IMG/VR virus record: IMGVR_UViG_3300046786_000606
Location: 1-42,403 of that record
Strand: one strand, 5' to 3'
DNA: 42,403 nt
From: a virus
Lineage: Duplodnaviria > Caudoviricetes
The notes below the pieces were generated by a model. The model did not search any database. It saw only the letters and a list, made by a program, of their open reading frames with translations, and had not been told where the DNA came from. Shown here in pieces: positions 9,078 to 17,656 of the stretch. A program made the translations under genes and the position numbers. Positions within the stretch are counted from its first letter, which is position 1; every line of letters begins with the position of its first letter.

Positions 9078-10178
9078 ATGTCTCAAAGTTTAGCAGCATT
9101 TACACCTATAAAATTTTCATTGAAATTGGTGGAATTGCTATATAATGACGGAATTTATCCTATCATCTCGAACAATAAGTACGAGGGTCAGATAAAGGAC
9201 GCTGGAGATCGTGTTCGTGTTCGTACATCAGCAAAGATTTCTTTGTCTTCATATACAAAGGGTATGACTCTTGTTGCACAAGAATTAAATCCTACAAGCG
9301 AGGATTTGGTTATTGATCAACAGCAATACTTTAAGTTCGTTGTTGATGATGTAGATAAGATCCAGAACGATATCAATGCTATTGCTGAATATGCAGCAAA
9401 TGCAAAGAGAGACATGTCAGAGCTTATCGATACTGATTTGCTCTCATATGGTCGTAAGAATGTGTACTACGCTAACGCGGTTGGTACAAACTACTCAACA
9501 GGTACAGTATCTATTGCTACCACTGGTGTAGTTACTGGTTCTGGTACTACTTTCACGTCTGCTATGGTTGGAGGTATTATCAAACTTGCCGGACTTACAA
9601 AGGGTTACTATGTTAGTGCTTTCACTTCGACAACATCTATAACAGTTGTTGATCAAGGTGGTACTTCATATACAGGGTCAGCTATTACTCCCGGCGCAGG
9701 TGGTTCTGATTATGTGATCTATGCCGCAACTCATAGAGCAACTACAAAGTCTACAATCTACAAGGATTTGGTAGACGTTGATACCGCTCTTACAGCACAG
9801 AAGGTTCCAAGAGGTTCACGCTTCATTGTTCTAAATGCAGCCGCTGAGGGTATCCTTCGTCAGGCTCCAGAGTTTATTCCAGCAGTACAATCTGCCTATA
9901 GTGGCGTTGTAGAGCGTGGAATGATAGGTACTATCGCTGGTCTAAAAGTTGTTTCTTCACAATTGGTTGATGGAAATAATACTACTGGTTGGTGGTTCCT
10001 AGCAGGTGATAAGGACTTCCTATCATTTGCATCTCAGATTATGAAGGTCTCAGTTGTTCCTTCTGAATCTGATCCAACTACCTTCGTTTCTACATGTAAA
10101 GGTTTGTTAGTGTATGGAAGAAAGGTATTCGAGGAAAACAGGAAGCGCGGGGCAGTTTTGAGAAGTGTACTAAGTTAG
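9078..10178 (+). CDS. Major capsid protein (HK97 fold, P22-coat-like) with inserted beta-rich domain
   Basis: YEGQIKDAGDRVRV, LVIDQQQYFKFVVDDVDKIQ, VPRGSRFIV, GMIGTIAGLKV, GLLVYGRKV motifs. Confidence 0.9.
   Translation: MSQSLAAFTPIKFSLKLVELLYNDGIYPIISNNKYEGQIKDAGDRVRVRTSAKISLSSYTKGMTLVAQELNPTSEDLVIDQQQYFKFVVDDVDKIQNDINAIAEYAANAKRDMSELIDTDLLSYGRKNVYYANAVGTNYSTGTVSIATTGVVTGSGTTFTSAMVGGIIKLAGLTKGYYVSAFTSTTSITVVDQGGTSYTGSAITPGAGGSDYVIYAATHRATTKSTIYKDLVDVDTALTAQKVPRGSRFIVLNAAAEGILRQAPEFIPAVQSAYSGVVERGMIGTIAGLKVVSSQLVDGNNTTGWWFLAGDKDFLSFASQIMKVSVVPSESDPTTFVSTCKGLLVYGRKVFEENRKRGAVLRSVLS
9378..9431 (+). repeat. 54-nt capsid segment perfectly duplicated (inverted) at 31006-31059
   Basis: GCTATTGCTGAATATGCAGCAAATGCAAAGAGAGACATGTCAGAGCTTATCGAT equals the reverse complement of 31006-31059, checked base by base. 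Confidence 0.98.
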
Positions 10179-10186
10179 TTTTTCGA

Positions 10187-10214
10187 TTTTACCCCTTTAT
10201 ATTAGGGGGTAAAA
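10187..10214 (+). terminator. Hairpin after capsid gene
   Basis: TTTTACCCCT...AGGGGGTAAAA inverted repeat; no + strand U-tract so role uncertain. Confidence 0.5.
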
Positions 10215-10233
10215 GTGGGATAATTAACCCAAA

Positions 10234-10749
10234 ATGACACCAGAAATAAGAAAAAAAATTAGTGATAAATTAAAAGGGCGCAAACCATGGAACGCTGGAC
10301 TTTCTGGTACAAAACCTATTGGTTTAACTTTCAAAGGAAGAAAACATAGTAAAGAGTCTATAGAAAAAACGAGAAATTACTTTCTTGGTAGACCTAAAAC
10401 ACAAGAGCAAAAGAATAAAGTAAGTCTTTTTAAGAAAGGTTCATGGACTGGTGAAAAAAATCCTCAGTGGAAAGGTGGAATAACATCACTTGTTATGCAG
10501 ATTCGAACTTGTTTTCAATATAGACAATGGAGGTCTGATGTTTTTACTAGAGATGAGTTTACATGTAAACACTGTGGTTATAAAAAAGGTAAGAGTCTTA
10601 ATGCTCACCATGTTAAGTCACAATCTTCTATTATTGCTGAAAATAATATTAAAATATTTGAAGACGCCATTAAGTGCGAAGAACTTTGGAACATTAATAA
10701 TGGAATAACATTGTGTAAACAATGTCATATTAATTTACATAAAAAATAA
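10234..10749 (+). CDS. NUMOD3/HNH homing endonuclease
   Basis: GRKHSKES NUMOD3 motif, WKGG, VFTRDEFTCKHC, AHH, NGITLCKQCH. Confidence 0.9.
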   Translation: MTPEIRKKISDKLKGRKPWNAGLSGTKPIGLTFKGRKHSKESIEKTRNYFLGRPKTQEQKNKVSLFKKGSWTGEKNPQWKGGITSLVMQIRTCFQYRQWRSDVFTRDEFTCKHCGYKKGKSLNAHHVKSQSSIIAENNIKIFEDAIKCEELWNINNGITLCKQCHINLHKK

Positions 10750-10752
10750 TCT

Positions 10753-11382
10753 ATGACCACCAATCAAATATTACAACTGGTTCGAAACAAAGTGTTAGAA
10801 ACCACAACTGAGATTGTAACCGACGCTACTCTTTTACTGTATGTCAATCTTTCCTATCAGGATGTGTATAAGAGGATTTTCCCCAATGATCAGATACTCA
10901 CAGCAACGGTGACCTTCACTAATGGTGTCGGAACTTTGCCAACAGACTTTGGCACCCTATACGGTGACGCCCTACAGGGGACAGCCAATTTCTTTCCAGA
11001 ACTATCGATTGATGACTTTAATAAGCAGACAACTAGCCAAGGCGTCACGATTGAAGGGGGCACGATTAAGGTCTTACCTACTACTACAGCAAGTTTGGTG
11101 ATCAAGTATTATCCAACATTTCCAGACTTATCCACCGCTGTTAACCCTACGATCAATTCATACTTCCATTTACCAATAGTCTATAGTGCCATATCGATGG
11201 TACATGAAGATTTACAGGACGAGGTTTTGTCTAAATACTATTTTGACAAATATGAAGCTGATCTAACCCGCAGGATGGCAGTGCAAAGCAATTATGAGGA
11301 GGGAAACCAGCGTAGTGGGACAATGTTTACAGGTCAAAATCTTATCGGCGGTTTGTCATATGGTGATCCTAATTATTTTTAA
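10753..11382 (+). CDS. Head-tail adaptor protein (putative)
   Basis: Position, LLYVN helix, TLPTDF and FHLPIVY motifs typical of podovirus adaptors. Confidence 0.7.
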   Translation: MTTNQILQLVRNKVLETTTEIVTDATLLLYVNLSYQDVYKRIFPNDQILTATVTFTNGVGTLPTDFGTLYGDALQGTANFFPELSIDDFNKQTTSQGVTIEGGTIKVLPTTTASLVIKYYPTFPDLSTAVNPTINSYFHLPIVYSAISMVHEDLQDEVLSKYYFDKYEADLTRRMAVQSNYEEGNQRSGTMFTGQNLIGGLSYGDPNYF

Positions 11383-11384
11383 CA

Positions 11385-12956
11385 ATGCCCTTAACTAAAG
11401 AGAATTTCATAGTACAACAACAGGATTTAGTCAAGGCAATTGACGTTGATGGTGGCGGCGATGGACGAAATGTACCAATAAATATGAACTTCGCTGAGAC
11501 CGGATACATCCAGAAGGACTCTGGTGTATCCCTTGATGGTGCTACTGAGACAACTTTGTGTCATAGTCCTTTTTATTACAAGAAAAAGGATGGAACGTCT
11601 TACATAATCAGAATTATGGGGACAAAAATGCAGACAAAGAACCAGACTACTGGTCTTTGGGCTGATACAGCGTCATCTCCGACCTTTACAGCAGGTGCAA
11701 AGATGGGTTATGCGGTGTATGACAATAATCTTTGGTTTGGTAACGCTGTTGAGGCACTCTATAAGTGGGATGGTACGACATTTACCGCTTATGCAAGTAA
11801 TCCAAAGGGTAATAACCTAGAGATTTTTGAAGATAGACTTTTTATATCAGGTGTTACGGCAGAACCTTTGACACTTTACTACTCAAAGATATCTGATCCT
11901 ACTGATTTTACTGTCGGAACAGGCGATAATGGCGGTGTAGTTAAACCTCTTGGCACAGATTATGTTATGACTCAAGAGAATTATTACGGACAACTTTTGA
12001 TATTCAAAGAGAAGTCTATCTGGAAACTTACATTTATATACGATAGTGTTGCTCAACTATTTGTACCAAAACTAGAATTACAGTCCGGCAACTACGGTGT
12101 GTGTTCTAGGAAAGCGGTCACATGGGTTGAGAACGATATTTGGTTCTTCACCGGGCGAGAAATCAGAGCTATTGGTTACAAAGACCAGCAAACAGGGGTG
12201 CTTGGAATCAATCAATCGGTTATCTCGGATCAGATCAAAGATACTTTGTACACAATTGCTACTACTGACTACTCAAAGATTGCTACGTTTTATAACAACA
12301 GAAGATTTTATCTAGCTGTTCCACTTTCCGCAGGGGGTGAGAATGACACAATCTTTGTTTGTCACCTTTTGTATAGCTCGTCTTGGACAAAATATACCTC
12401 GAGAATAAAGGCTAGTGCTACAGATTTTATGGCAATTGACGGTATAGTTTACACCGCAAAGTCAGTCACTCCATATGGGACATTAAAGTGGGATGAGACA
12501 TTAAAGAATGACAATGGTGTGGCAATATCAGCTAGTGTGACCTTTAAGAAAGTAGAAGATGCAGAGTTCAACCGCTATGCGTTTTACCGATATTTGGACA
12601 TCCAGTTTAAGAATCTGGAGGGGAGGATGATCATCACAATCTCACAAGATGCTTATGACTTAAGGACAACAAAGACAAAGACATTTTATATCGGACAACC
12701 ACTGGAAGACATGAACTCTACAACAGGGCAGGTTCCATGGGGTCAAGCATTGTACGGAGATGGTTTTGGTGAAGACGTTGTTGGCTCTCCTTTTCAAAAG
12801 AAAAGAATATCTTTTTTAATCAAAGCTCAGACAATTACGATTGGAATTTCCAACAGTTCTTTATCAGAGACGTTTACAGTATGTCAATATATGTTATCAG
12901 GTTTCAAGCAGGTTCGTAAATTAGCAAAGCCTAGTAATATCGTTTCGATAAGATAA
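11385..12956 (+). CDS. Packaged-DNA stabilisation/tail nozzle protein (P22 gp10-like beta-propeller)
   Basis: Beta-propeller-like repeats (FEDRLFI, LYYSKISDP, LLIFKEKSIW, YGVCS), size and position. Confidence 0.8.
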   Translation: MPLTKENFIVQQQDLVKAIDVDGGGDGRNVPINMNFAETGYIQKDSGVSLDGATETTLCHSPFYYKKKDGTSYIIRIMGTKMQTKNQTTGLWADTASSPTFTAGAKMGYAVYDNNLWFGNAVEALYKWDGTTFTAYASNPKGNNLEIFEDRLFISGVTAEPLTLYYSKISDPTDFTVGTGDNGGVVKPLGTDYVMTQENYYGQLLIFKEKSIWKLTFIYDSVAQLFVPKLELQSGNYGVCSRKAVTWVENDIWFFTGREIRAIGYKDQQTGVLGINQSVISDQIKDTLYTIATTDYSKIATFYNNRRFYLAVPLSAGGENDTIFVCHLLYSSSWTKYTSRIKASATDFMAIDGIVYTAKSVTPYGTLKWDETLKNDNGVAISASVTFKKVEDAEFNRYAFYRYLDIQFKNLEGRMIITISQDAYDLRTTKTKTFYIGQPLEDMNSTTGQVPWGQALYGDGFGEDVVGSPFQKKRISFLIKAQTITIGISNSSLSETFTVCQYMLSGFKQVRKLAKPSNIVSIR

Positions 12957-12972
12957 ATGTTATAATACATAT

Positions 12973-13665
12973 ATGAGAACTTGCCAAGATTGTAACAAAG
13001 AAATAAAGAATAACAATAAAATAACATTTAGATGTCTTTCTTGTCACAAAGTTTTTCGCAAGCGGAATCTTTTAACTAAACATTATTGCCAAGATTGTGG
13101 GATAGAGACAGAAAAGAAGGGAAGGTCAAAAAGGTGCGGCTCTTGTGCTACAAAAAATCAAGAGAGAACACCAGCAATGGGTTTTCAGAAAGGTCATGGA
13201 CTTATGGGAAATAATCCAACTTCAAGAGGCAGAACTTGGAAGTTAAGTGACGAAACTAAGAGTAGACAATCCGAAGGTCAAAAAAAATCTTTTAGGGATA
13301 ATCCAGAACGAAAAAAGTTTATAAATGTTAGTGGACTAATTCATGACCGTGGAGAGAAACATCCAAGATGGGTAGAAGACCGAAGTAAGGTCAGAATTAA
13401 ACGTAAGGAAATGAGTCGTTTTGAATACAAAAATTGGATGAAAGATGTTAAAAAGAGGGACAATCATATGTGTTGTATCTCAAACAAAGATTGCAATGGC
13501 CGTTTGGAAGTCCATCATATTTTGAATTGGAAAGATTTTCCAGAACTTAGATATGAAGTAAACAATGGTATTACTCTGTGTCATTTTCATCATCCGATAG
13601 GTAGAGCAAAAGAGAGTAATATGTCTCCATATTTCCAAGAGATAGTTAAAAATAAAATACAATGA
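12973..13665 (+). CDS. Zn-finger/NUMOD3/HNH homing endonuclease
   Basis: Several CxxC pairs, KRDNHMC, LEVHHI, FPELRYEVNNGITLCHFHH; TGTTATAAT promoter 6 nt upstream. Confidence 0.9.
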   Translation: MRTCQDCNKEIKNNNKITFRCLSCHKVFRKRNLLTKHYCQDCGIETEKKGRSKRCGSCATKNQERTPAMGFQKGHGLMGNNPTSRGRTWKLSDETKSRQSEGQKKSFRDNPERKKFINVSGLIHDRGEKHPRWVEDRSKVRIKRKEMSRFEYKNWMKDVKKRDNHMCCISNKDCNGRLEVHHILNWKDFPELRYEVNNGITLCHFHHPIGRAKESNMSPYFQEIVKNKIQ

Positions 13666-14378
13666 TTCACATACCGCAAAATTTTTATCGCGAAACAATT
13701 GCTCAAGATGTACCACTTGGAACTGGTAACATATATGTGTCTGTAAAACCTACTGTTGCTTCAGGCTGGGCTACGATTTCCTCTGCTTCATCTACTTTAA
13801 GAGAAATAGTTTATTTCTCTTCAACTGGTTCAGACGGTACAGGCGACTATATTGTCATAGCAAACGCCGGCGATCGTGGCCTAGGCGGTACCACCGAACA
13901 GACACACATCATTGGTGAGCCAATAAGAATGAATGTTATAGCTGAAACGATTGATGAGATAAGCGATGCGTTAGACGCTATTGTGGCGGCAGGAGCACAG
14001 GATGCAAGTACTAGTACAAAAGGAATAGTTAAATTAAATAAAACTCCTGACTCTCCAACTGATCCTATTGCCATGGGGTCAAATGCAATTGTAATTGAAA
14101 CAACTGCTGGTGTCACGCATTCTTTAACTACTATTGCTGGACAAGTAGTTGTTGTGTGGGCGAAAGGTGTTGTGAGTAATAATGGAGGTGCCGCATCTGT
14201 TACTCTTAAATATAACACTGTCACTAAAGATACTATTACGACAATCAATACATCTGTTGATCAATCATTCTCTTTAATATATACAGAAACTCCCGGTGCC
14301 GCGACTGCTAATATTACAGTGGAAACAAGTTATGGATCATTATCAAATGTTAAAATAATAGTAATGAAAATAGGATAA
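13662..14378 (+). CDS. Tail fibre/appendage protein 1
   Basis: N-terminal anchor (RGLGGTTEQTH) and DASTSTKGIVKL motif shared with next gene. Confidence 0.7.
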   Translation: MIHIPQNFYRETIAQDVPLGTGNIYVSVKPTVASGWATISSASSTLREIVYFSSTGSDGTGDYIVIANAGDRGLGGTTEQTHIIGEPIRMNVIAETIDEISDALDAIVAAGAQDASTSTKGIVKLNKTPDSPTDPIAMGSNAIVIETTAGVTHSLTTIAGQVVVVWAKGVVSNNGGAASVTLKYNTVTKDTITTINTSVDQSFSLIYTETPGAATANITVETSYGSLSNVKIIVMKIG

Positions 14379-14382
14379 ACAT

Positions 14383-15768
14383 ATGTCAATCCACATCCCC
14401 GAAAATTTCTACCGTCAAACAATCACTAGAGCAGTAACTTTAACGACTGGTGTCAATATTTACGTCTCCGCTCATCCAACACCATCAGAAGGGTACATAG
14501 CTATTTCTCCTGCCTCAACTAATTTAAGAGAGATTGTGTATTACACAGCAAAAGGTACAGATGGGAATGGTACATATTTAACAGTCACAACCGCTAACCG
14601 TGGCCTCGGAGGTACCACCGCTCAGACACATGCAATTGGTGAGCCTGTGCGTATGAACGTCTCGGCTGAGACAATACAAGAGATAAGTGACGCAATAGAT
14701 CAGATCGTGGCTGGTGGTGCGCAAAACGCTAGTACGACAGTGAAGGGTATCGCAAAGTTAAGTGTCGCTCCGGCTAGTGCTACAGATCCTATAGCGGTAG
14801 GGGATAATGATCCTCGTCTGACTCCTTTAACCGCTATAAAGTTTGGTGGTACAGGTGCTGACGGGGCTTTGACTATTACATCTGGTGCAACAAATATAGA
14901 CCTTGGGAATGCTGCGGTTGTTATAAAGAATTATAGTAGCATTTCAATTACAGGAACAGGAAGTCTAACTTTCACAAATCCTCATACGAATGGAACAACT
15001 ATTATATTAAAGTCACAAGGTGATGTGACACTTACATCAAGTGCGGCGCCAATGATAAATGCGAGTGGTATGGGTGGAGCAAAAGTTGTTGGCGGAAGTG
15101 GAGGTAGTGGTACTTTTACCGATGGTTCTGCTGGTAATAATGGCAAATCAATTGGATTAACACCCATTTCTAATGGTGGTGGTGCTGGAGCAACAGGTAT
15201 TGCTGGCCCTGCGGGTGCAAAATCTTCCGTAGATTTGTCTCTTACACAACTAAATTCTTTGTTATTAGCTAAATATCCAAGAGCTTTTATTGGAGCAGCA
15301 GGAGGGACTGGTTCAAGACAAAGACTTACTGGTACTACCGGTAATTTTACCGCAGGAGATAGCGGGGCCGGAGGAGGTTGTCTGATTATCGAGTGTCGTG
15401 GTGCTTTGAACTTTACAACAACAAATGGCATCAGTGTTGCAGGATTATTAGCTACACCTAATGGTAGTCAGGGAACGTCTGACGGAAATGGTTTCGGGTC
15501 TGCTGGTGGAGGTGGTTCTGGTGGTTACTTTTTATGTTCCTATAATAGTTTAACTGCTAATACAGGGTCTGTAACTGTAACAGGCGGAACGGGCGGTAAT
15601 CATTTTGCTGTTGGTGGCGGCTCAAGTGGAAACTCTGGTGGTGGAGGTGGGAACCAACTTTCTGCAGGAAATGCTGGTCTGTTTGGTTCATCTACTAACG
15701 GTAGTAAAACTGGCGGTGATGGGGCTAGCGGGGTAGCAGAATTTATTCAAAACACAGAATTTGCTTAA
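14383..15768 (+). CDS. Tail fibre/appendage protein 2 with Gly-rich domain
   Basis: Paralogous N-terminus, NASTTVKGIAKL, FGGTGADG, many GGG runs. Confidence 0.75.
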   Translation: MSIHIPENFYRQTITRAVTLTTGVNIYVSAHPTPSEGYIAISPASTNLREIVYYTAKGTDGNGTYLTVTTANRGLGGTTAQTHAIGEPVRMNVSAETIQEISDAIDQIVAGGAQNASTTVKGIAKLSVAPASATDPIAVGDNDPRLTPLTAIKFGGTGADGALTITSGATNIDLGNAAVVIKNYSSISITGTGSLTFTNPHTNGTTIILKSQGDVTLTSSAAPMINASGMGGAKVVGGSGGSGTFTDGSAGNNGKSIGLTPISNGGGAGATGIAGPAGAKSSVDLSLTQLNSLLLAKYPRAFIGAAGGTGSRQRLTGTTGNFTAGDSGAGGGCLIIECRGALNFTTTNGISVAGLLATPNGSQGTSDGNGFGSAGGGGSGGYFLCSYNSLTANTGSVTVTGGTGGNHFAVGGGSSGNSGGGGGNQLSAGNAGLFGSSTNGSKTGGDGASGVAEFIQNTEFA

Positions 15769-15787
15769 TTATCAATAAATTATCAAC

Positions 15788-17656
15788 ATGACCATAACAT
15801 TCAAATCAGTAGCAGGAAATCTATTTAGCGGTTTCAAAAATCTCTTTTCTTCTGGAACTGGGTATAACCCACTTGTAAATACCGCCAATGCATTTTCTGG
15901 TTCGCCCGGTATTTATGCTACTGGTAAATCTGGTGGTACAACATACTATAATAACTATACTCCTGCTAATACGAAAAATTATGTTGGCGTCTCTCAAGGG
16001 AATGTACAATATGGACCAGCGGCTCCCTCTTATACCCCTCAATACGGTGGTGGTATCAATCTTTCCGGTGGTGCACAAAATACACAAAGTATGACTACCC
16101 CTAGTGTTCGATCTAGTAGTCGTTCTGATGGCTCTGTTATTGATCAATATGTTCCCCCGCCTACCCTATCTGGACAATCTGCACAACAATACGCCAAATC
16201 CGCCGGTCTAGGCAATCTTAACCTTGAAGGCATGACCTATGAAGAGGCAGATCAGGCAATCAACACGATGAAGTCCACACAAAGAGGCCAAGTTAACGCC
16301 CTTACTTCCGCTGTGTTCTCTCCGGATGTTGTATCAAATGTTAACAAAATAGGTGAAAGGTTCGCTCTTACTTTGGATAAATCAAATAATGACACATGGT
16401 TATCTGCTCCCGCTAAAAGAGACGAGATGGATAACCTTTTGAAATCAACAGCCAAAGATTTTGCTGATCAATTTGACTCACAAGAGGCTATGATCAATGC
16501 TTATGACACCAATCCTACGGTACAAAGAGCTTTAGATCGCTTCGCACAGTACGGAGGTTCTGATCAGATGCTTATTGATGCGGTCAACGCTAAAAAACCT
16601 CAAACTCCACAAGGTAATGAGCAGACAACAATGGAATATCAAGCTAATTTGGCTAATCAACAACAGCAAGCTAGGGAAACTGATAGCATTTTGAACGGTG
16701 ACAAAATTACTACTGATGAAATTGCTAGAACTGCACAAATACCAGAGCAAATGAAGGACTACTACTTTGGCGACGCTGGTATTTGGCAGCAAAAACTTAA
16801 TCTTGACCTTGAAAAGGTAAATCTTTTGAAAGAAAAGATGGCTGATGAAAAAGCAGAGGCTAGACAGCAAGCTAATCTATTGATTGAAAAGAATAATGCG
16901 GAACTATCCGTGGCTAAAAATCAGATTGAACTCAATCGTGTTAATGCTAAGAATTATCTAACAGGGATGTTGGCAAAACTTGGTGCATTAAATACCACAA
17001 GTGCAGCGGTTGATGGTATAACAGTCCTCGATCAGAAATATCAACAGCAATCTGCTGAGATTGAACAGAAGACTCGCTTTGCAAATCAGGATATACAGAT
17101 CAAGTTGCAAAAAGCCGTGAGTGATATCGACAATTCTGGTATGGAAAAGATACAGGCTATCAAAGAAGACTTGTCAAAGGATAAGGATACAATGTTGAAA
17201 GACATTATGAAAGAAAAGATGGATTCTGACAAGAGAATATATGACCTTACTTTGAAAGCAAGTGATAGGTTGAAAAAGAATAATGATGCCTATAGGAGTA
17301 ATGCTACAAAACTTGCTGAGGACTATACGACAAACTTTAATGCTCTAGTCTCTCCGGATTTCGGAAGCGCTGGCAAGTTCTCTCCAGCACAGGTTGCAAG
17401 TAACCTTACTTCAAAACTCCCTGCTGCTGATCAGAGGATTTCTGTCTCGGCTAGGATTAAAGACCCTAGTGCTATATCTTATTTTAAGTCACTTCCTATT
17501 GGTTTTAGAAATGAGTGGATACAATTTGTAGCTAGTGAACCTGCTAACAAATATTTTACCTTGGCTGATTTACAAATGAATTATGAGCCATATCGATTGG
17601 AACAACAGCAGATAAAAACTACAAAAGAAGAAAAGAAAACTAATAGAGAAATATAA
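15788..17656 (+). CDS. Internal virion/DNA ejection protein (putative)
   Basis: Low-complexity N-terminus, long Q/K/E coiled coil, position before giant gene. Confidence 0.6.
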   Translation: MTITFKSVAGNLFSGFKNLFSSGTGYNPLVNTANAFSGSPGIYATGKSGGTTYYNNYTPANTKNYVGVSQGNVQYGPAAPSYTPQYGGGINLSGGAQNTQSMTTPSVRSSSRSDGSVIDQYVPPPTLSGQSAQQYAKSAGLGNLNLEGMTYEEADQAINTMKSTQRGQVNALTSAVFSPDVVSNVNKIGERFALTLDKSNNDTWLSAPAKRDEMDNLLKSTAKDFADQFDSQEAMINAYDTNPTVQRALDRFAQYGGSDQMLIDAVNAKKPQTPQGNEQTTMEYQANLANQQQQARETDSILNGDKITTDEIARTAQIPEQMKDYYFGDAGIWQQKLNLDLEKVNLLKEKMADEKAEARQQANLLIEKNNAELSVAKNQIELNRVNAKNYLTGMLAKLGALNTTSAAVDGITVLDQKYQQQSAEIEQKTRFANQDIQIKLQKAVSDIDNSGMEKIQAIKEDLSKDKDTMLKDIMKEKMDSDKRIYDLTLKASDRLKKNNDAYRSNATKLAEDYTTNFNALVSPDFGSAGKFSPAQVASNLTSKLPAADQRISVSARIKDPSAISYFKSLPIGFRNEWIQFVASEPANKYFTLADLQMNYEPYRLEQQQIKTTKEEKKTNREI

